Shown here one piece after another: positions 13,247 through 26,559 of a stretch of 64,000 nucleotides of DNA. This stretch comes from Eledone cirrhosa (lineage: Eukaryota). The position numbers and the translations under genes are program-made. The notes under the pieces were generated by a model. It saw only the letters and a list, made by a program, of their open reading frames with translations, was not told the DNA's origin and made no database searches. The stretch covers positions 6,386,001 to 6,450,000 of the forward strand of contig OZ024746.1 in NCBI GenBank assembly GCA_964016885.1. Direction: 5' to 3'. Every line of letters starts with the position of its first letter. Position 1 is the first letter of the stretch.

Positions 13247-14363
13247 CCGTATATACTCGCGTATAGGTCGCCCCGGCAGATAGGTCGCATACCCACTTTT
13301 CATTTAACAATAGGCTATTTGCCATTGACGTCGCACTGAAATTTGGGCCGTCAAACTACTATTTTTTATGATAATTGAAACTAATAATCTGTTAGCTTTC
13401 CATTACTTCACCGTTGCGATATATACTCCAAACCATGTTTTATTTATAAAATAAACATTAACGTCATCGAAATTTCGTCAATTCGAGATTACTGAGAGAT
13501 AAAGCCTTTAAGCGCGAAAATTAACTCTTAATATAGTGAAACAACTTGAAATAACACTTGTTTTTTAACGTTGAAAGTATAAAAGATTTTTAGCGTATCA
13601 ACATGGCTTCCCAAAGTAGCGAATACCGACTTTGAAGGTTTTACATGCGACGACATTCGAAATGAAAAAGAAACACAAGATAATATTAGTGATTTATCTT
13701 CAAATGAATCAGACGTATTTATTTCTGACGATGATAGTTACTTTGAAAGTGAAAGCGGAGATCTGACGGACACCATTGAAAATATTACTGCAACGTGGTT
13801 GAAAGATACAACACCAATACATGTTCACACCTATTTCCAAATTCTTCTGCATAACCAACCACCTTTAACTTGAAAACTGTTTGATAACTTTTTCTCATAC
13901 CGGAATTCATATTTCTCAGTGACTTATAAACAAAATTTCAACTATCAACTTTTCTCACTTGCTAATTTTGAAAAGAAACGCCACGTGCAATAATTTGTTT
14001 CCTGTTAAAGTAAATACGTCACAATACGTGTTCATAGCAACGCTAAGACAATGAAATCACATTTTAAATACCGGGTATGCATTTCTATGGATTTTAATGA
14101 CGCATGGTTCGGTCAGATAGAAAAAAACGTAAACACTACGAAGTTTTAGTAAAAAATTTAAAATCAAGAAATATATATATAAGAAGGTAGATATATGAAA
14201 TTATTATGTTAAATAATAAAAAATATTAACAAAGTTATTTTTATAAATACCCATCGTTGATTAAGTCTATGAAAAATCATTGGTCAGTGTGATGTCGATC
14301 GGATAGGTCGCACTCCAAAAATTTATACTTATTTATCGTTAAAAAAGTGCGACCTATACGCGA
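13247..14363. mobile_element. pogo/Tigger-like non-autonomous DNA transposon
   Basis: TA|CCGTATATACTCGCGTATAGGTCGC on the left and inverted GCGACCTATACGCGA at 14349-14363. Subterminal GATAGGTCGCA repeats at both ends. Right terminus eroded. Confidence 0.7.
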
Positions 14364-14666
14364 ACGTGTGCTGGAGTGTTTCTTTTAACAGACATGATGA
14401 AAGTTGTAAAATGTTTGTGTTTAATCTCTAATTGAATAAAGTAACAATACAGTGGAATAATGTTAACAAGTTTATCGTGTTGCCGTTATATGGTTACAAA
14501 AGGAATATTAAAGTAGCAGTCTCGTCAATAGATATCGAAAACATTAAAATTTAAATTTGTTATTTAACCGGTTTGTGGTTTCTGATTGAGATTCTGAGCT
14601 AGTGCCCCATCTATCGGATAACTACTCCTAAAACATCGACTATTGTTACTATTATATCACGACGAA

Positions 14667-15243
14667 GGGTTGGTGGATTTGCAGTATAGGTAGAGCATCA
14701 GACAACATGCTTTGTAGTATAGGGTTACGTTACGCACTTTACGTTCAGAATTGAAATCCCGCTGATGACGTTAGCTGTGCCTTTCATCCTTATTATGGGA
14801 TCGATAAAATAAAGTACCAGTAACGCATTGGGATCGAGTTAATCAACGTTTCCCTTCCCCCAAATTGCTGGCCTTGTGCCTATAGTAGAAATCATCATTA
14901 AAGTACCAGTAATACACTGGCGTTGATTTAATCGACTTTCCCCTCTCCCCAAATTGCTGGCCTTGTGCCTATAGTAGAAATCATCATTAAAGTACCAGTA
15001 ATACACTGGCGTTGATTTAATCGACTTTCCCCTCTCCCCAAATTGCTGGCCTTGTGCCTATAGTAGAAATCATCATTAAAGTACCAGTAATACACTGGCG
15101 TTGATTTAATCGACTTTCCCCTCTCCCCAAATTGCTGGCCTTGTGCCTATAGTAGAAATCATCATTAAAGTACCAGTAATACACTGGCGTTGATTTAATC
15201 GACTTTCCCCTCTCCCCAAATTGCTGGCCTTGTGCCTATAGTA
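14667..15243 (+). repeat. SINE whose 3' portion is tandemly amplified (89-bp unit, ~5 copies)
   Basis: SINE head at 14667. The unit AAGTACCAGT...ATCATCATT restarts at ~14812, 14901, 14990, 15079 and 15168. Confidence 0.9.
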
Positions 15244-15291
15244 ATGATTATCATATTACGGCGATTTGTCACGATGAATGCCAGATAGAAT

Positions 15292-15670
15292 ATCCTCCTC
15301 TCTCCCACTCTCTCTATCCTCCTCTCTCCCACTCTCTCTATCCCTCTCTCTCCCACTCTCTATATCCTCCTCTCTCCCACTCTCTCTATTCCTCTCTCTC
15401 CCACTCTCTCTAGCCTCCTCTCTCCCACTCTCTCTATCCTCCTCTCTCCCACTCTCTCTATCCCTCTCTCTCCCACTCTCTATATCCTCCTCTCTCCCAC
15501 TCTCTCTATCCATCTCTCTCCCACTCTCTCTATCCTCCTCTCTCTCCACTCTCTCTATCCATCTCTCTCCCACTCTCCCTATCCTCCTCTCTCCCACTCT
15601 CTCTATCCTTCTCTCTCCCACTCTCTCCCACTCTCTCCCACTCTCTCCCACTCTCTCCCACTCTCTCTAT
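15292..15670. repeat. CT-rich 24-bp minisatellite
   Basis: Unit approximately TATCCTCCTCTCTCCCACTCTCTC; explains the ESGREEDR and LPLSLSSS ORFs. Confidence 0.9.
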
Positions 15671-15865
15671 CAATCTCTGGGAGAAATCCCCTGTATTCAG
15701 ACCTGGAGAAGAGATGGGCTCCGCCAGGTTTTAAAAAGTCCTAAGAAGCACCTCAGGGGTTACGGCTTCCTACATTATACCAAGACATTTCGGGGTTTCA
15801 TATTTGATATATTCCACAGCTCTCTCCACCAATATCTTCTCTTTAACATTATTTTAATACTCTCG

Positions 15866-15960
15866 TTGTTGGAATGGCTTTTCCAGCGCGTCTCCCTTGC
15901 CGTCCTCCGGGGAAACGCCTTCTCCATTCTGTCCGCCGGGGCTGTGGGGAGGCCACCAAT
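15866..15960 (+). pseudogene. CRE-clade LINE 3' end fragment
   Basis: LEWLFQRVSLAVLRGNAFSILSAGAVGRP; a sister copy lies at 28380-28495 (-). Confidence 0.75.
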
Positions 15961-16160
15961 ATGTTGACTGACTTGTCATTTTCTCAGTCAGATGTTTAAA
16001 GATTTCATAGATTGTTGCTAGTTTTTACAAGATAAACCCTACAAGAGAGGGGTTTCTTCTCTCCTGAGAGTTGTTTTACCATTAGAGTACGCTGTATTAT
16101 ATCCTACACTTCAATGTAATATTTTACCCTTCCCCTTCGTATGTATCTATTTAACTGATA

Positions 16161-16367
16161 TTTGACAGTATCGGTAGAGGGTCGGACGCCATGCTTTGCA
16201 GCACAGTTACGTCCCTTTACGGACTGAGTTCAAATCCCGCCGAGGTTAACTTTGCCTTTCATCCTTACGGGGTCGATAAAATAAAGTACCAGTAATGCAC
16301 TGGGTATGTGCTGGCCTTGTGCCAAAAGTAGAAACAATTATTTGTGCCAAAAGTAGAAACAATTATT
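16161..16367 (+). mobile_element. SINE with duplicated 3' tip
   Basis: Consensus body; TTGTGCCAAAAGTAGAAACAATTAT occurs twice. Confidence 0.88.
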
Positions 16368-18263
16368 TGGTACTCCCTCAGCGGTAGATATATCCAGCTT
16401 TTATCGGCTGGAATTCTATTTGCTTTGCTGCATGGATATATATTTATCTAGGATTTATCGAGTACTGATTTATTTGTGCCTAGCAGTGTAAGATTTACAC
16501 ACCCGATTTATCGTATTTTTATACACCAAATTAGATTGTGTCACCCATTTTAAACTTTGCGCTAAATGATATGGTTTTAATTTGTATAGCCTCCCATTTT
16601 ATTTATGTACATGAAGTATTGAAGGTGTCTGAGAGCTCGTTAGGTTTTGATTATAAATAGTCTAAATCACTCTGACATTTCAATAATTTCTTTATAAGGG
16701 ATCTGAAAATTAACCAGTACGAACATTGACAATGGTTTAATTATATGAAATAAAATCAATTCAAAGTAATTTAAGGGCATTATTTATTTAATTATTCCCC
16801 AGCCACATCTTCATCTTTTTCAGTTTGGTTTATTGGTGTTTGATTTAATCCTGTTATGAGATATATTACCTAACAATCGGATAGAAGTCAAAACATTTTA
16901 AGTCTATTCTTATCATGTGTTATCCTGTTTCAACAGTTATATGCAAGTTTATAATGTACCTTCAGAGTCACTTATATAATTCCAAGGTACCTATGAGTGT
17001 ATTTCTATACCAAATCAGTTCGGTTTTGTAGTGGAGTTTATTTTGTTATGTCGGTGTTAATTTAGTTTCCTCTTTTGATTACAGTATGTAAAATATGTGA
17101 CATTCGTGTTCTGTGTGTGATATGGGGTATCTATCTATCTATTTATCTAGCTAGCTATCTATTTCCTAGACAAATGCATCCCAAAGTAGTTGTCACATGA
17201 CTGTCCTGTTTTATTATACAGATTGTTATTATTATTGTTGTGGACAGAATGAATGAAATACCAGCCAAAAGCCAGCATCAATATATTTATGGCTGTAGTA
17301 TTTAAACATTTATCTTTGAGAGTTCTCATGACTTGTCACATAAAACTAATTGTACATTACATTCCTTTATAGACTCAAACCGTTAAAATGAAATTTTAAT
17401 TCAGTGTAGATAACTGCTCCAGTTCTTACATTTGATTTAATCGGCAGATTTCAACCAAACACTGACAACCTTTATCTCACTATGGTTCCTTCTTAACACT
17501 CTTTTATAAACATTTCTTTAACTCTATAATTCTACGCCAGTAATCCTTATGGTGTAATTCCCATATCTTATACATCTACGTAATTTATCTTTGAAGTCCG
17601 TTTTTTATTTTAGTCAAGGAGATAATCCACTCTTTAAGTAAACAAAAAAATAATAAAGAGAAAAATAATAAGAATCATATCTAACGTTCACCCAATTTGG
17701 CACGTTTAGGAGAGGGATGTTATCAGTTTAATCCATACAAGTACATATTTTATCTAGCTCGGCATAACAGAAAGTCAATTTGACTATTTCGATAGGAGAA
17801 CTAACAATGCAAAGGAATCTGATTAAACATCACAAAATAGTTTTCTTTTTTTTTCTTTTTTTTTTACTTGCTTCTCGAGCGTTTCTGCCATTAATACATT
17901 AATATACCACAAGAATAAAATGAAAATATAATTGTACCAAGTAGATTTATCTTAATGGAAATATTACAGTTTAAAAAAATGGAAAAAAATTCGTTTGATA
18001 ATTCAGGTTGTTAGGGTTAGGATTGTGGTGTTGTTGGTGGTGTTTATTTTGATTATATCTCTCTACGGGGATTTTCCGGGTACCTTCATAAATAGTAAGA
18101 GAGAAAGATAGAGGGAAAGAATCGAATACAGTATCTTGCTAAAATTTGGTGGCGTAATATTAAGTCATATTTATCATATGACTTGCGTTAGGACAGGATG
18201 TCTGTAGCGAATATTTCCTGCTAAATAAGTTTGTGCGTATATGTGTGTGTGTGTATATACATG

Positions 18264-18340
<77 letters not shown>

Positions 18341-18403
18341 TTGTGTGGTGCATATATATATATATATATATGTGTGTGTGTAACCAGTGTATATACGTCA
18401 CAG

Positions 18404-18508
<105 letters not shown>

Positions 18509-18703
18509 AAAACCTTTTTGGGGATATCGTATTTACTAGTATAGAGAGGGAGGAAGGGCGAGAAGAATTAGGAAGTAGAGGGTCAAACGGAGATGGAGGG
18601 GGGGATAAAGATGGAAGGATTTCTCGATCAGTTTTGATTCGTAGACTTGATATCGTTAATTTACAGTGTAGGGAGTTAAAGAGAATTAAATTGTTTATAG
18701 TGG

Positions 18704-18765
<62 letters not shown>

Positions 18766-18949
18766 ATATATAAAAAAGGTTAAGAGGAAAAAGAAGAAAA
18801 GAAAAGAGAACAAAAAAAGGGGCAGACGAAAAGAAGAAAACGAAAAAAGAGAAAAGGAATGAAGGAGGAGGGAGGGATATAGGTATTGGTTATTGTGGCT
18901 AATTAAAGGGGTTAGAAGTATATGCAGTTTGTCAGGTGGTAGTAAGAGG

Positions 18950-19690
18950 TTAAGGGTTCGATTTGCACTTGTAGTGCGAAAACTTTTCTTTAAGTCTATG
19001 GTTGCAATAAATTGATCTTTCGATTTTATTGTTGTGTAACTTATTCTTCGAACTCAAAATGTGGAACAGTTCAAGGTCATATAACCGACAGCTTCTCATA
19101 CCACTCCGATATGCAGGCGCGGTCGATAATTTCATCCACTTCAGGGTGTATTGACGGTTACTTTCCCTCAGTTGCCAGGTTTTGTTCGCATAACGATGCT
19201 GGGAATGTTTCATTGCGTAACGGTGTGTATACCAACGGGCTTTAAATGTATTCCCAGTCGCTCCGATGTAATACCATTTCTGGTTGTCTGATTCCACTGT
19301 GCATTGGTAAACCAGGTTAGACTGCATACATTCATTATGCAATGGACAGGTTTCAGGTAGGTGGCAATTACAATTCTTGTCATGGGCAACTTTGGCATTA
19401 TTGGTGAGCTGCGATGCCTGTACAAGTGTGTTACGTTTTGTTTACCTATGGTTGTGTATTAGATATTCTGTTGTGTTCGATGGTAATTGTATTGTTATTG
19501 TTATAAACTTGTGTTCCGGTGTTGTTACGTATCTCTTTAGCGTTAAGCATCTTAAACTGTGCCTCTATGTTTGGTGCAGTGGAGTAAGATAGTCTGATAG
19601 ATTTAGTGTTAAGAATGTTGCTGTATCTATGGGAATCTGGAAAGTGCTTATTTATTATTCTAAAGAAAGTAGAGGGTAGGTTGGTTAGTA
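18950..19690 (-). pseudogene. Second Naiad-type PLE: linker + GIY-YIG, frameshifted
   Basis: NLPSTFFRIINKHFPDSHRYSNILNTKSIRLSYSTAPNI and LVYQCTV..YYIGATGNTFKARWYTH are homologous to the 7327-9087 protein. Confidence 0.88.
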
Positions 19691-20142
19691 AATACGATTC
19701 CAAAAAAATTTGTTTTTTATATATTAAGAACAAGTAACTAATTCATTACTTTGAAAATTTGGAGGTGAATAACAGCTATTATCGAGTGACTGCTATTTGC
19801 AGTATAGCGATATAAGGTTGCGCTTACCAATGAAACGGTCGTAAATACCTGGATAAAATCCTTTTTTTAATGCTTACCTGTGTTTTCTCTTTTATTTTTT
19901 TATACTCCAAAATTGAACGTGATTTACTAACCACATTCTTGCAAACTTGTCGAGTTATCCCTAACCGTACGTTGGAAACCGTCCTAGAAACTGGCTATCT
20001 TAACCACGAACTGGATTACAATAAGCAGGTTTCTGCTTTCCTAACTATATATATATAGTGAAAAATGGAACGGGAACAAAACAGAGAAGCAGTACGAACA
20101 AAGGTTTATTAGTTTCACGCTCTTGAGAGTGGGGGGTGGGGA

Positions 20143-20176
20143 ACAACGTTTCGGGCATAAGCCCTTCTTCAGGAGA
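20143..20176 (-). ncRNA. PLE-type minimal HHR motif, stem I decayed
   Basis: Reverse strand reads CTGAAGA-A-GGGC[TTAT]GCCC-GAAA-CG-TT, inside a TA-flanked element (~20058-20338). Confidence 0.55.
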
Positions 20177-20510
20177 AAGGTGGGTGGGAAGAGAGTTCCA
20201 AGGGTGTGTGGGGGAGTGGTGGAGAGACATTTAGAAAAAGGGGGAGGAAAGGGAGGAAAAACGGTGGAAGGGGTACAAAGTGTATGTCCGTGGGTAAGTT
20301 CCTAAGGTAGTTCTGTAGAGGGTGTGAAGAGATGCCGGATATATATATATATATATATATATAGGAACGAGTAGGACCCCGACGGCTGAGCTCAAGCCGT
20401 TTCGACGGCTAATTCTGGACTATATATATATATATATATATATAAATATATATAGCGGCGATGAATTAGTTTTGCGAGGTTTTTTATATGAAATCGTGTG
20501 TCGAAACAGA

Positions 20511-20770
20511 TATTGTTATACTTGGGGAGGGTCATATTTGCGTAATATTGCCAGAATTAATAACAGAACACACTCACTGTTTGGTTGGTTTTCGCTTCTC
20601 GCTGTCTTTTATTATATCGCCGGTCAGTCAATGGCAACATTGAGAACCGAGTAAGTTAGATCGCAGATATAATAAAAGACAGCGAGAAGCGAAAACCAAC
20701 CAAACAGTGAGTGTGTTCTGTTATTAATTCTGGCAATATTACGCAAATATGACCCTCCCCAAGTATAACA

Positions 20771-20773
<3 letters not shown>
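20511..20773. mobile_element. Fold-back element between (TA)n runs (ATGACCCTCCCCAAGTATAAC family)
   Basis: Arms 20511-20618 and 20666-20773. Relatives at ~27960-28020, 40190-40395, 41190-41320 and 50265-50315. Confidence 0.85.
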
Positions 20774-20819
<46 letters not shown>

Positions 20820-21649
20820 TCTTCCAATTTCATTTTACATTATATACATGTCTGTGTATATTGGTAATTATTTAAAAATTATTTTTAAGTGAACATTTTT
20901 TTTTTAATAATTTTAAGTGAACGTGACCCCACTGGTCACAGCTGGTATAGTTTAGTACTAACTCTATATTTCAGCTATTCAGTTATTCATATCTTAATAT
21001 CTTAAGAACGTTTTGATATTTGAAAATTATAATTAAACCAGAAAACTAACCAAAACATTTGAGTTAGGTATTTCTTACTTTCTAACTGGTGGATATGTAA
21101 CAATAGCTGAAACTTTAATATACCAAATTATTTCTTTTACGAGATTTAATCTCGGTTCAAACTCTGGAAATAGAACTTGATCCCTAATCAAATAATAACA
21201 CACATCGTTTTCATCATACTCGCTAAAAATAAGATATTCCTTTTTAATTCAATAGAGAATTTGTTGTACTTATTTGCTATTAGCGTTTAATGCATACAGT
21301 ATTGTAAAGATTTTGGTTAATACTTCTAACAATAAATTAGAATGCATCTATTACTCATGAGACATTTTTCTTCTGTCCCCATATAGAGTTTTACGAACAC
21401 TTATTTGATTATTTGAACAGAACCTACACTGTCGTGTATTATTTGACTTTCCACCAAATATATGCATGCATGACCCGTAACATGTGAGGGAGTCATAGAG
21501 GTATCGTATTAACACACAGCATTTTGAGGGCATTTTTAAAACCTGGCAGATCCCAATCCTCTCCAATTCTGAATAAAGCAGATTTCTTCCAAGGAAGTAT
21601 GGAGAAAGTGAGGGAATTGAAGTGAGAAAGAGATATAGAGGAAGAATGG

Positions 21650-21800
21650 ACCTCAGTACTTGACTGGTACTTTTTTTATCGACATCGAATGAAGGAAAGG
21701 TAAAGTTGACCTCGGCAGGATTTCAACTCAGAGGTCAGAGAGCCGAAACAAAACCGCAAAGCATTCTACCTGACGTTCTAACGACTCTGCCAATTCACCA
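21650..21800 (-). mobile_element. Diverged SINE copy
   Basis: ACTGGTACTTTTTTTATCGAC...AAAGTTGACCTCGGCAGGATTTCAACTCAG...CTGCCAATTCACC. Confidence 0.7.
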
Positions 21801-21849
21801 TGTGTGTGTGGGTGGGTGTGGTTGTGGGTGTGGGTGTGTGTGTGTGTGT

Positions 21850-21914
<65 letters not shown>

Positions 21915-22732
21915 AAGGACCTTAATGAAGTGTCCGTCTATCAAACTCAACATCACACTCGAAAAGTATGGTTCAACCGAAGCCTAACGATAGAAATTAC
22001 TTTTAGAGAAAGTCACGTGGTGGGATCGAACTCAGCCTTACAAAGCAATGTTTTGCAAATTGCTGTAAATTCCTGCAAACTGATCAATGATACGAAAATA
22101 TCTTTAAATGACATTAACCACGTTTGTAATTGTTATTGAATATTATACGTGATTTGTTGATTCGGTAGAAAGTTTATATTTGGTTGTTTTGTTGATGTAA
22201 AATGTTGATATATTTGGAAACTATGTTGATACACTGTACTAAGGATAGGATAATTGCATTGGTATTTATAGTGTTAATTTGTTACAGAGGTAAATACACG
22301 TACATACACATACACACACACACATACACATCGATATATATATATGTGTGTGTGCGTGTGCGTGTGTGTGTGTGATAAAGACACGTACATACACACTCTC
22401 ATACATACACACACATATATATACATACACATGATAAAGACATGTTCATATGCAGTCTCATATATACACACACAAATATACATATATATGATAAAGACAC
22501 GTTCATACAGACCCACTCATACATACACACACGCACATATATATATATATGATAGTGTGTATGTGTATATTTATGTTCATGCATGCAGATATGCTTATAT
22601 GTTTGTATGTACGCATGTGGAAGAATGTGTGCATATGTATACATATTTATCTATATACGAACGTATACATACATGCATAGTTTCATGCATACATATATAC
22701 ATACATAGAACATACGTACGTACACACACACG

Positions 22733-22806
<74 letters not shown>

Positions 22807-22925
22807 TAGATAATATAATATATCTACTAACATAAGCACACATACGTACGCTAATGCCAGCAAATACACAGGTTTAGTAAGTAAGTTAATTTAAAAAATT
22901 TTTTTTTTTAATTTCCTATTTTACG

Positions 22926-22993
<68 letters not shown>

Positions 22994-23125
22994 GTAGAAC
23001 ACTGGAAGGTATCCGCTAAGGTGAAACAATTGTTCTCGGTATGGTGAACTAACTGTTGTGTAACCACTTCTACATATATATATACATGTATTAGGAGACA
23101 CTCCAACGTTTTCATATATATATAA

Positions 23126-23224
<99 letters not shown>

Positions 23225-23239
23225 GATATATATATATTT

Positions 23240-24400
23240 TGTGCCACACAAAAGGCTTATGGCAAAACTCTCTGCAATGGGTGTGAAGGATGATCTTTTT
23301 AACTGGTTGAAGTCCTTCATTCTCAGTCGAAGAGAGGTAGTCACGGTTCTGGGACACCATTCCTCACCATATGAGATGTCATCTGGTGTACCACAGGGAT
23401 CTGTTCTTGGCCCCTTTTGTTTGTGGCATATATTAATGACATATATGCCAACTTAAGAAATGCCACAGTACTAAAGTACGCAGACGACATCAAGCTGTAC
23501 CTTGAGATAAAGAGGACAGATCCTGAACACTATAGATCTTGCTTGAAGTCTGACCTGGACACAATGCAACAATGGATCTCAGACTGGCAACTCAAGCTAG
23601 CTGTGGACAAGTGCACAACCATGCATTTTGGGAGTAAACACCCAGCGTCCACATACTCCCTCCACAGCACTAATATCAAGAAGTCTTCCTGTGAACGTGA
23701 CCTGGGCATTACGGTCAGCAGCGATTTGCGTTGGACGAGGCACGTCTCTAAAATTGTCAAGAGGGCCGAGGGTGTCTTAGCATCACTCAGCAAGACCTTT
23801 GTCAGCCGCTCTCCAGATATCTATTTAAGGCTGTATACCACTATGGTGCGACCACACTTGGAATTTGCATCACCAGTCTGGAACCCCCATCTTGCTCAGG
23901 ACATTGACCGCCTGGAAACTGTTCAGAGACGTGCAACCAAGCGAATACCCTCCATCAGGCATCTACCATACTCTGAGCGCCTTGCTTCCCTGGGCATGGA
24001 TTCATTGAAGCTCCGACGCCTGGCAACTGACTTGGTAAACACCCACAAAATTGTTAACCATGTTGCCAACAACAGCCCTGAGTACCTTTTTGATTTCCAT
24101 GTGTCTAACACACGTGGACATGCCCACAAAGTAAGAAAACAGCACAGTTCCCATGACTTTCGGAAACATTTTTTCACGCTCAGAGTTGCTGAAGCATGGA
24201 ACAAACTACCTGCATCAGTTGTTAGCTGTCGAGACACTGCATCCTTTAAGGCCTCCATGCTTCCCGAGATCCGCCAACACTACAGCTAACACATACACAC
24301 ATGTACTTCCCTGACATTTGTGTATTATTCTATGTACTATATTGACGAGTTGTAATGTACCTGAGCACTTTACACAATAATTTCATTATTATTATTATTA
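23240..24400 (+). mobile_element. CR1/L2-group LINE, 5'-truncated RT C-terminus + 3' UTR + (TTA)n tail
   Basis: [65 protein letters not shown]. One frameshift near 23417. Confidence 0.93.
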
Positions 24401-24415
24401 TATATATATATATAA

Positions 24416-24869
24416 AATAAAATAACAGGAGGCTGGACTGGTGTAAATCCTTGAAAGGTTTATTATACTATGATCATTTCAATGATCATTCCATATGAAT
24501 CCGGTGATATCATCAGGTATTGGAATATAACAAAGGAATATGTAAAAAACCATGGGTCCGAAAAATCAGAGACAGAGACAAAGAGGACGACTGACCAACT
24601 AGCTGCTCGGCCAGTCGCCCTCAAAGTGTTGGCAACTGAATCTACTAATGAATATCTGGTGAGGGGCCGAAGGCTTATGATGCACTACCACCTCTCCGTC
24701 TTTGTCTCTGTCTCTCATTTTTCGGACCCATGGTTTTTTACATATTCCTTTGTTATATTCCAATACCTGATGATATCACCGGATTCATATGGAACCCGGT
24801 CATTGAAATGATCATAGTATAATAAACCTTTCAAGGATTTACACCAGTCCAGCCTCCTGTTATTTTATT
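24416..24869. mobile_element. Fold-back element with an HHR in each arm
   Basis: Arms 24416-24584 and 24699-24869 are near-perfect reverse complements. Confidence 0.88.
24763..24820 (+). ncRNA. Minimal hammerhead ribozyme
   Basis: ATAC-CTGATGA-TAT C ACCGGATTC[ATATG]GAACCCGGT C ATT-GAAA-TGATCA-TA-GTAT. Stem III is the palindrome ATGATCAT. Mirror copy at 24465-24520 (-). Confidence 0.75.
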
Positions 24870-25103
24870 GTATTTATAAGTAACTCCGTATTCGCACCAA
24901 CTACACAAACGAAGATGGGTGAACTGCACTGCGTTGAGTACTCTTCACAATATTAGACCAGGATTGACCATACGGAATGACCAGTTCTATCCAGTGGTGA
25001 ACCAACAAACCTAAAGAAATATATATATATATATATTTATCTAAAGACATTTTTTCCGATTTCAACCCGCCCGTCCCCTTAATCTATCTTATTTCTCATT
25101 CTT

Positions 25104-25139
25104 TCTTCTGATGAAAGACTAGCGTCCGAAACGTTAAGA
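25104..25139 (+). ncRNA. Minimal HHR motif
   Basis: TCTT-CTGATGA-AAGAC[TAGC]GTCC-GAAA-CG-TT-AAGA, in a TA-flanked segment. Confidence 0.6.
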
Positions 25140-25224
25140 CCCTCCTCCTGCTATATCAAGTGTTAACCTAATATATCCCTGTCATATAATGTGCCGATTG
25201 TGTTGTTATTTCTATTTACCTTTT

Positions 25225-25341
<117 letters not shown>

Positions 25342-25361
25342 TATATATATATATATATATA

Positions 25362-25413
<52 letters not shown>

Positions 25414-25431
25414 TATATATATATATATATA

Positions 25432-25478
<47 letters not shown>

Positions 25479-25510
25479 AGATCAAAAGATGGTTAAAAGA
25501 GTTCCAAGTA

Positions 25511-25577
25511 TTTTATTATGCGCATTTCAAAAACAAATATCATCCTGGGATGATATCTGCGTTTTCATCAGATAAAA
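25511..25577 (-). ncRNA. Minimal hammerhead ribozyme
   Basis: Reverse strand reads TTTTAT-CTGATGA-AAA C GCAGATATCATC[CCAG]GATGATATTTGT T TTT-GAAA-TGCGCA-TA-ATAAAA. Same family as 43206-43533. Confidence 0.78.
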
Positions 25578-26196
25578 TAGGGATTCATTATATGAAGCTT
25601 AAAAAACACTTGTGACCAGTGAAGTTTTAAATCAACATATCCGATATTTGCATTGCTTTATTGTGCTACAATAACACCCACCTCCTACATATATATATAT
25701 ATTAATATTACACGAAAACCTCAAATTTATTCGCACAAATGCCTGATGAAACTGTTTCACATGTTCTCGATATAATGTCCATTTCCATAACAATCTGGAA
25801 TGTTCTGCAGAAAATGAATGGCTTAGTATGGTCAATATATATCAATGAGATGACCATAATGAAAATTTTAATTTCCTCAAAGATATATGATGTCTGAATA
25901 CTTTTTGCAATTTCGCCATTAATATTTACGTCGTTTACCCTGTCGCAAAGATATTATGTTTATAGTTATGTATGTATGAAGGCGTGTGATCTAGATTGGT
26001 AAAACTGTAAGTTCAATTCCGACATAGGGATTCCCGTTCAGTCTTTGAGCATGACAATATTTCACGCTGCTCCATTTCGTTCTGTTGAAACAAGGATTAT
26101 CAGCTGTAGTTTAAAGTTAATCCTGCGAGGGGCTAGCGTCTTGTCCATGTTATGCACGTTAGATTACTTAACTTAAATGAAACTGATTTAAGCTCC

Positions 26197-26304
26197 ATCT
26201 CCAGTGACGTTCTGGGATTAGGAGACCTCCAACGTTTTCATTTATGTAGGTAAATATGTAAGTGTGTGTAGGTATGTATATATGTGTGTCGCTATATAAG
26301 CATA

Positions 26305-26386
<82 letters not shown>

Positions 26387-26497
26387 GAGATGCTTATATA
26401 GACACACACATATATACATACCTACACACACTTACATATTTAGCTACATACATGAAAACGTTGGAGTGTCTCCTAATCCCAGAACGTCACTGGAGAA
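26197..26497. repeat. Inverted repeat centred on a (CT)n(TA)n(GA)n microsatellite
   Basis: CTCCAGTGACGTTCTGGGATTAGGAGAC...AAGCAT is mirrored by ATGCTT...GTCTCCTAATCCCAGAACGTCACTGGAG. Confidence 0.85.
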
Positions 26498-26559
26498 ATA
26501 TATTAAGCAAACCGATGAATTTACATGTATTTAATTTTCTATTGTGTACCGATGTTACG

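Noticed and set aside
14812-15243. Regular repeat resembling a CRISPR array
   Set aside because: Units are contiguous and identical with no unique spacers, derive from the SINE, and lie in a eukaryotic context without cas genes.
18010-18021. TTAGGG telomeric repeat
   Set aside because: Only about two units; expected by chance.
20452-20520. Possible HHR: TATAGCGG-CGATGA...GAAACAGATA-TTGTTATA
   Set aside because: The core lacks a nucleotide, stem II is unconvincing, and relatives at 40190 and 41260 do not show the core.
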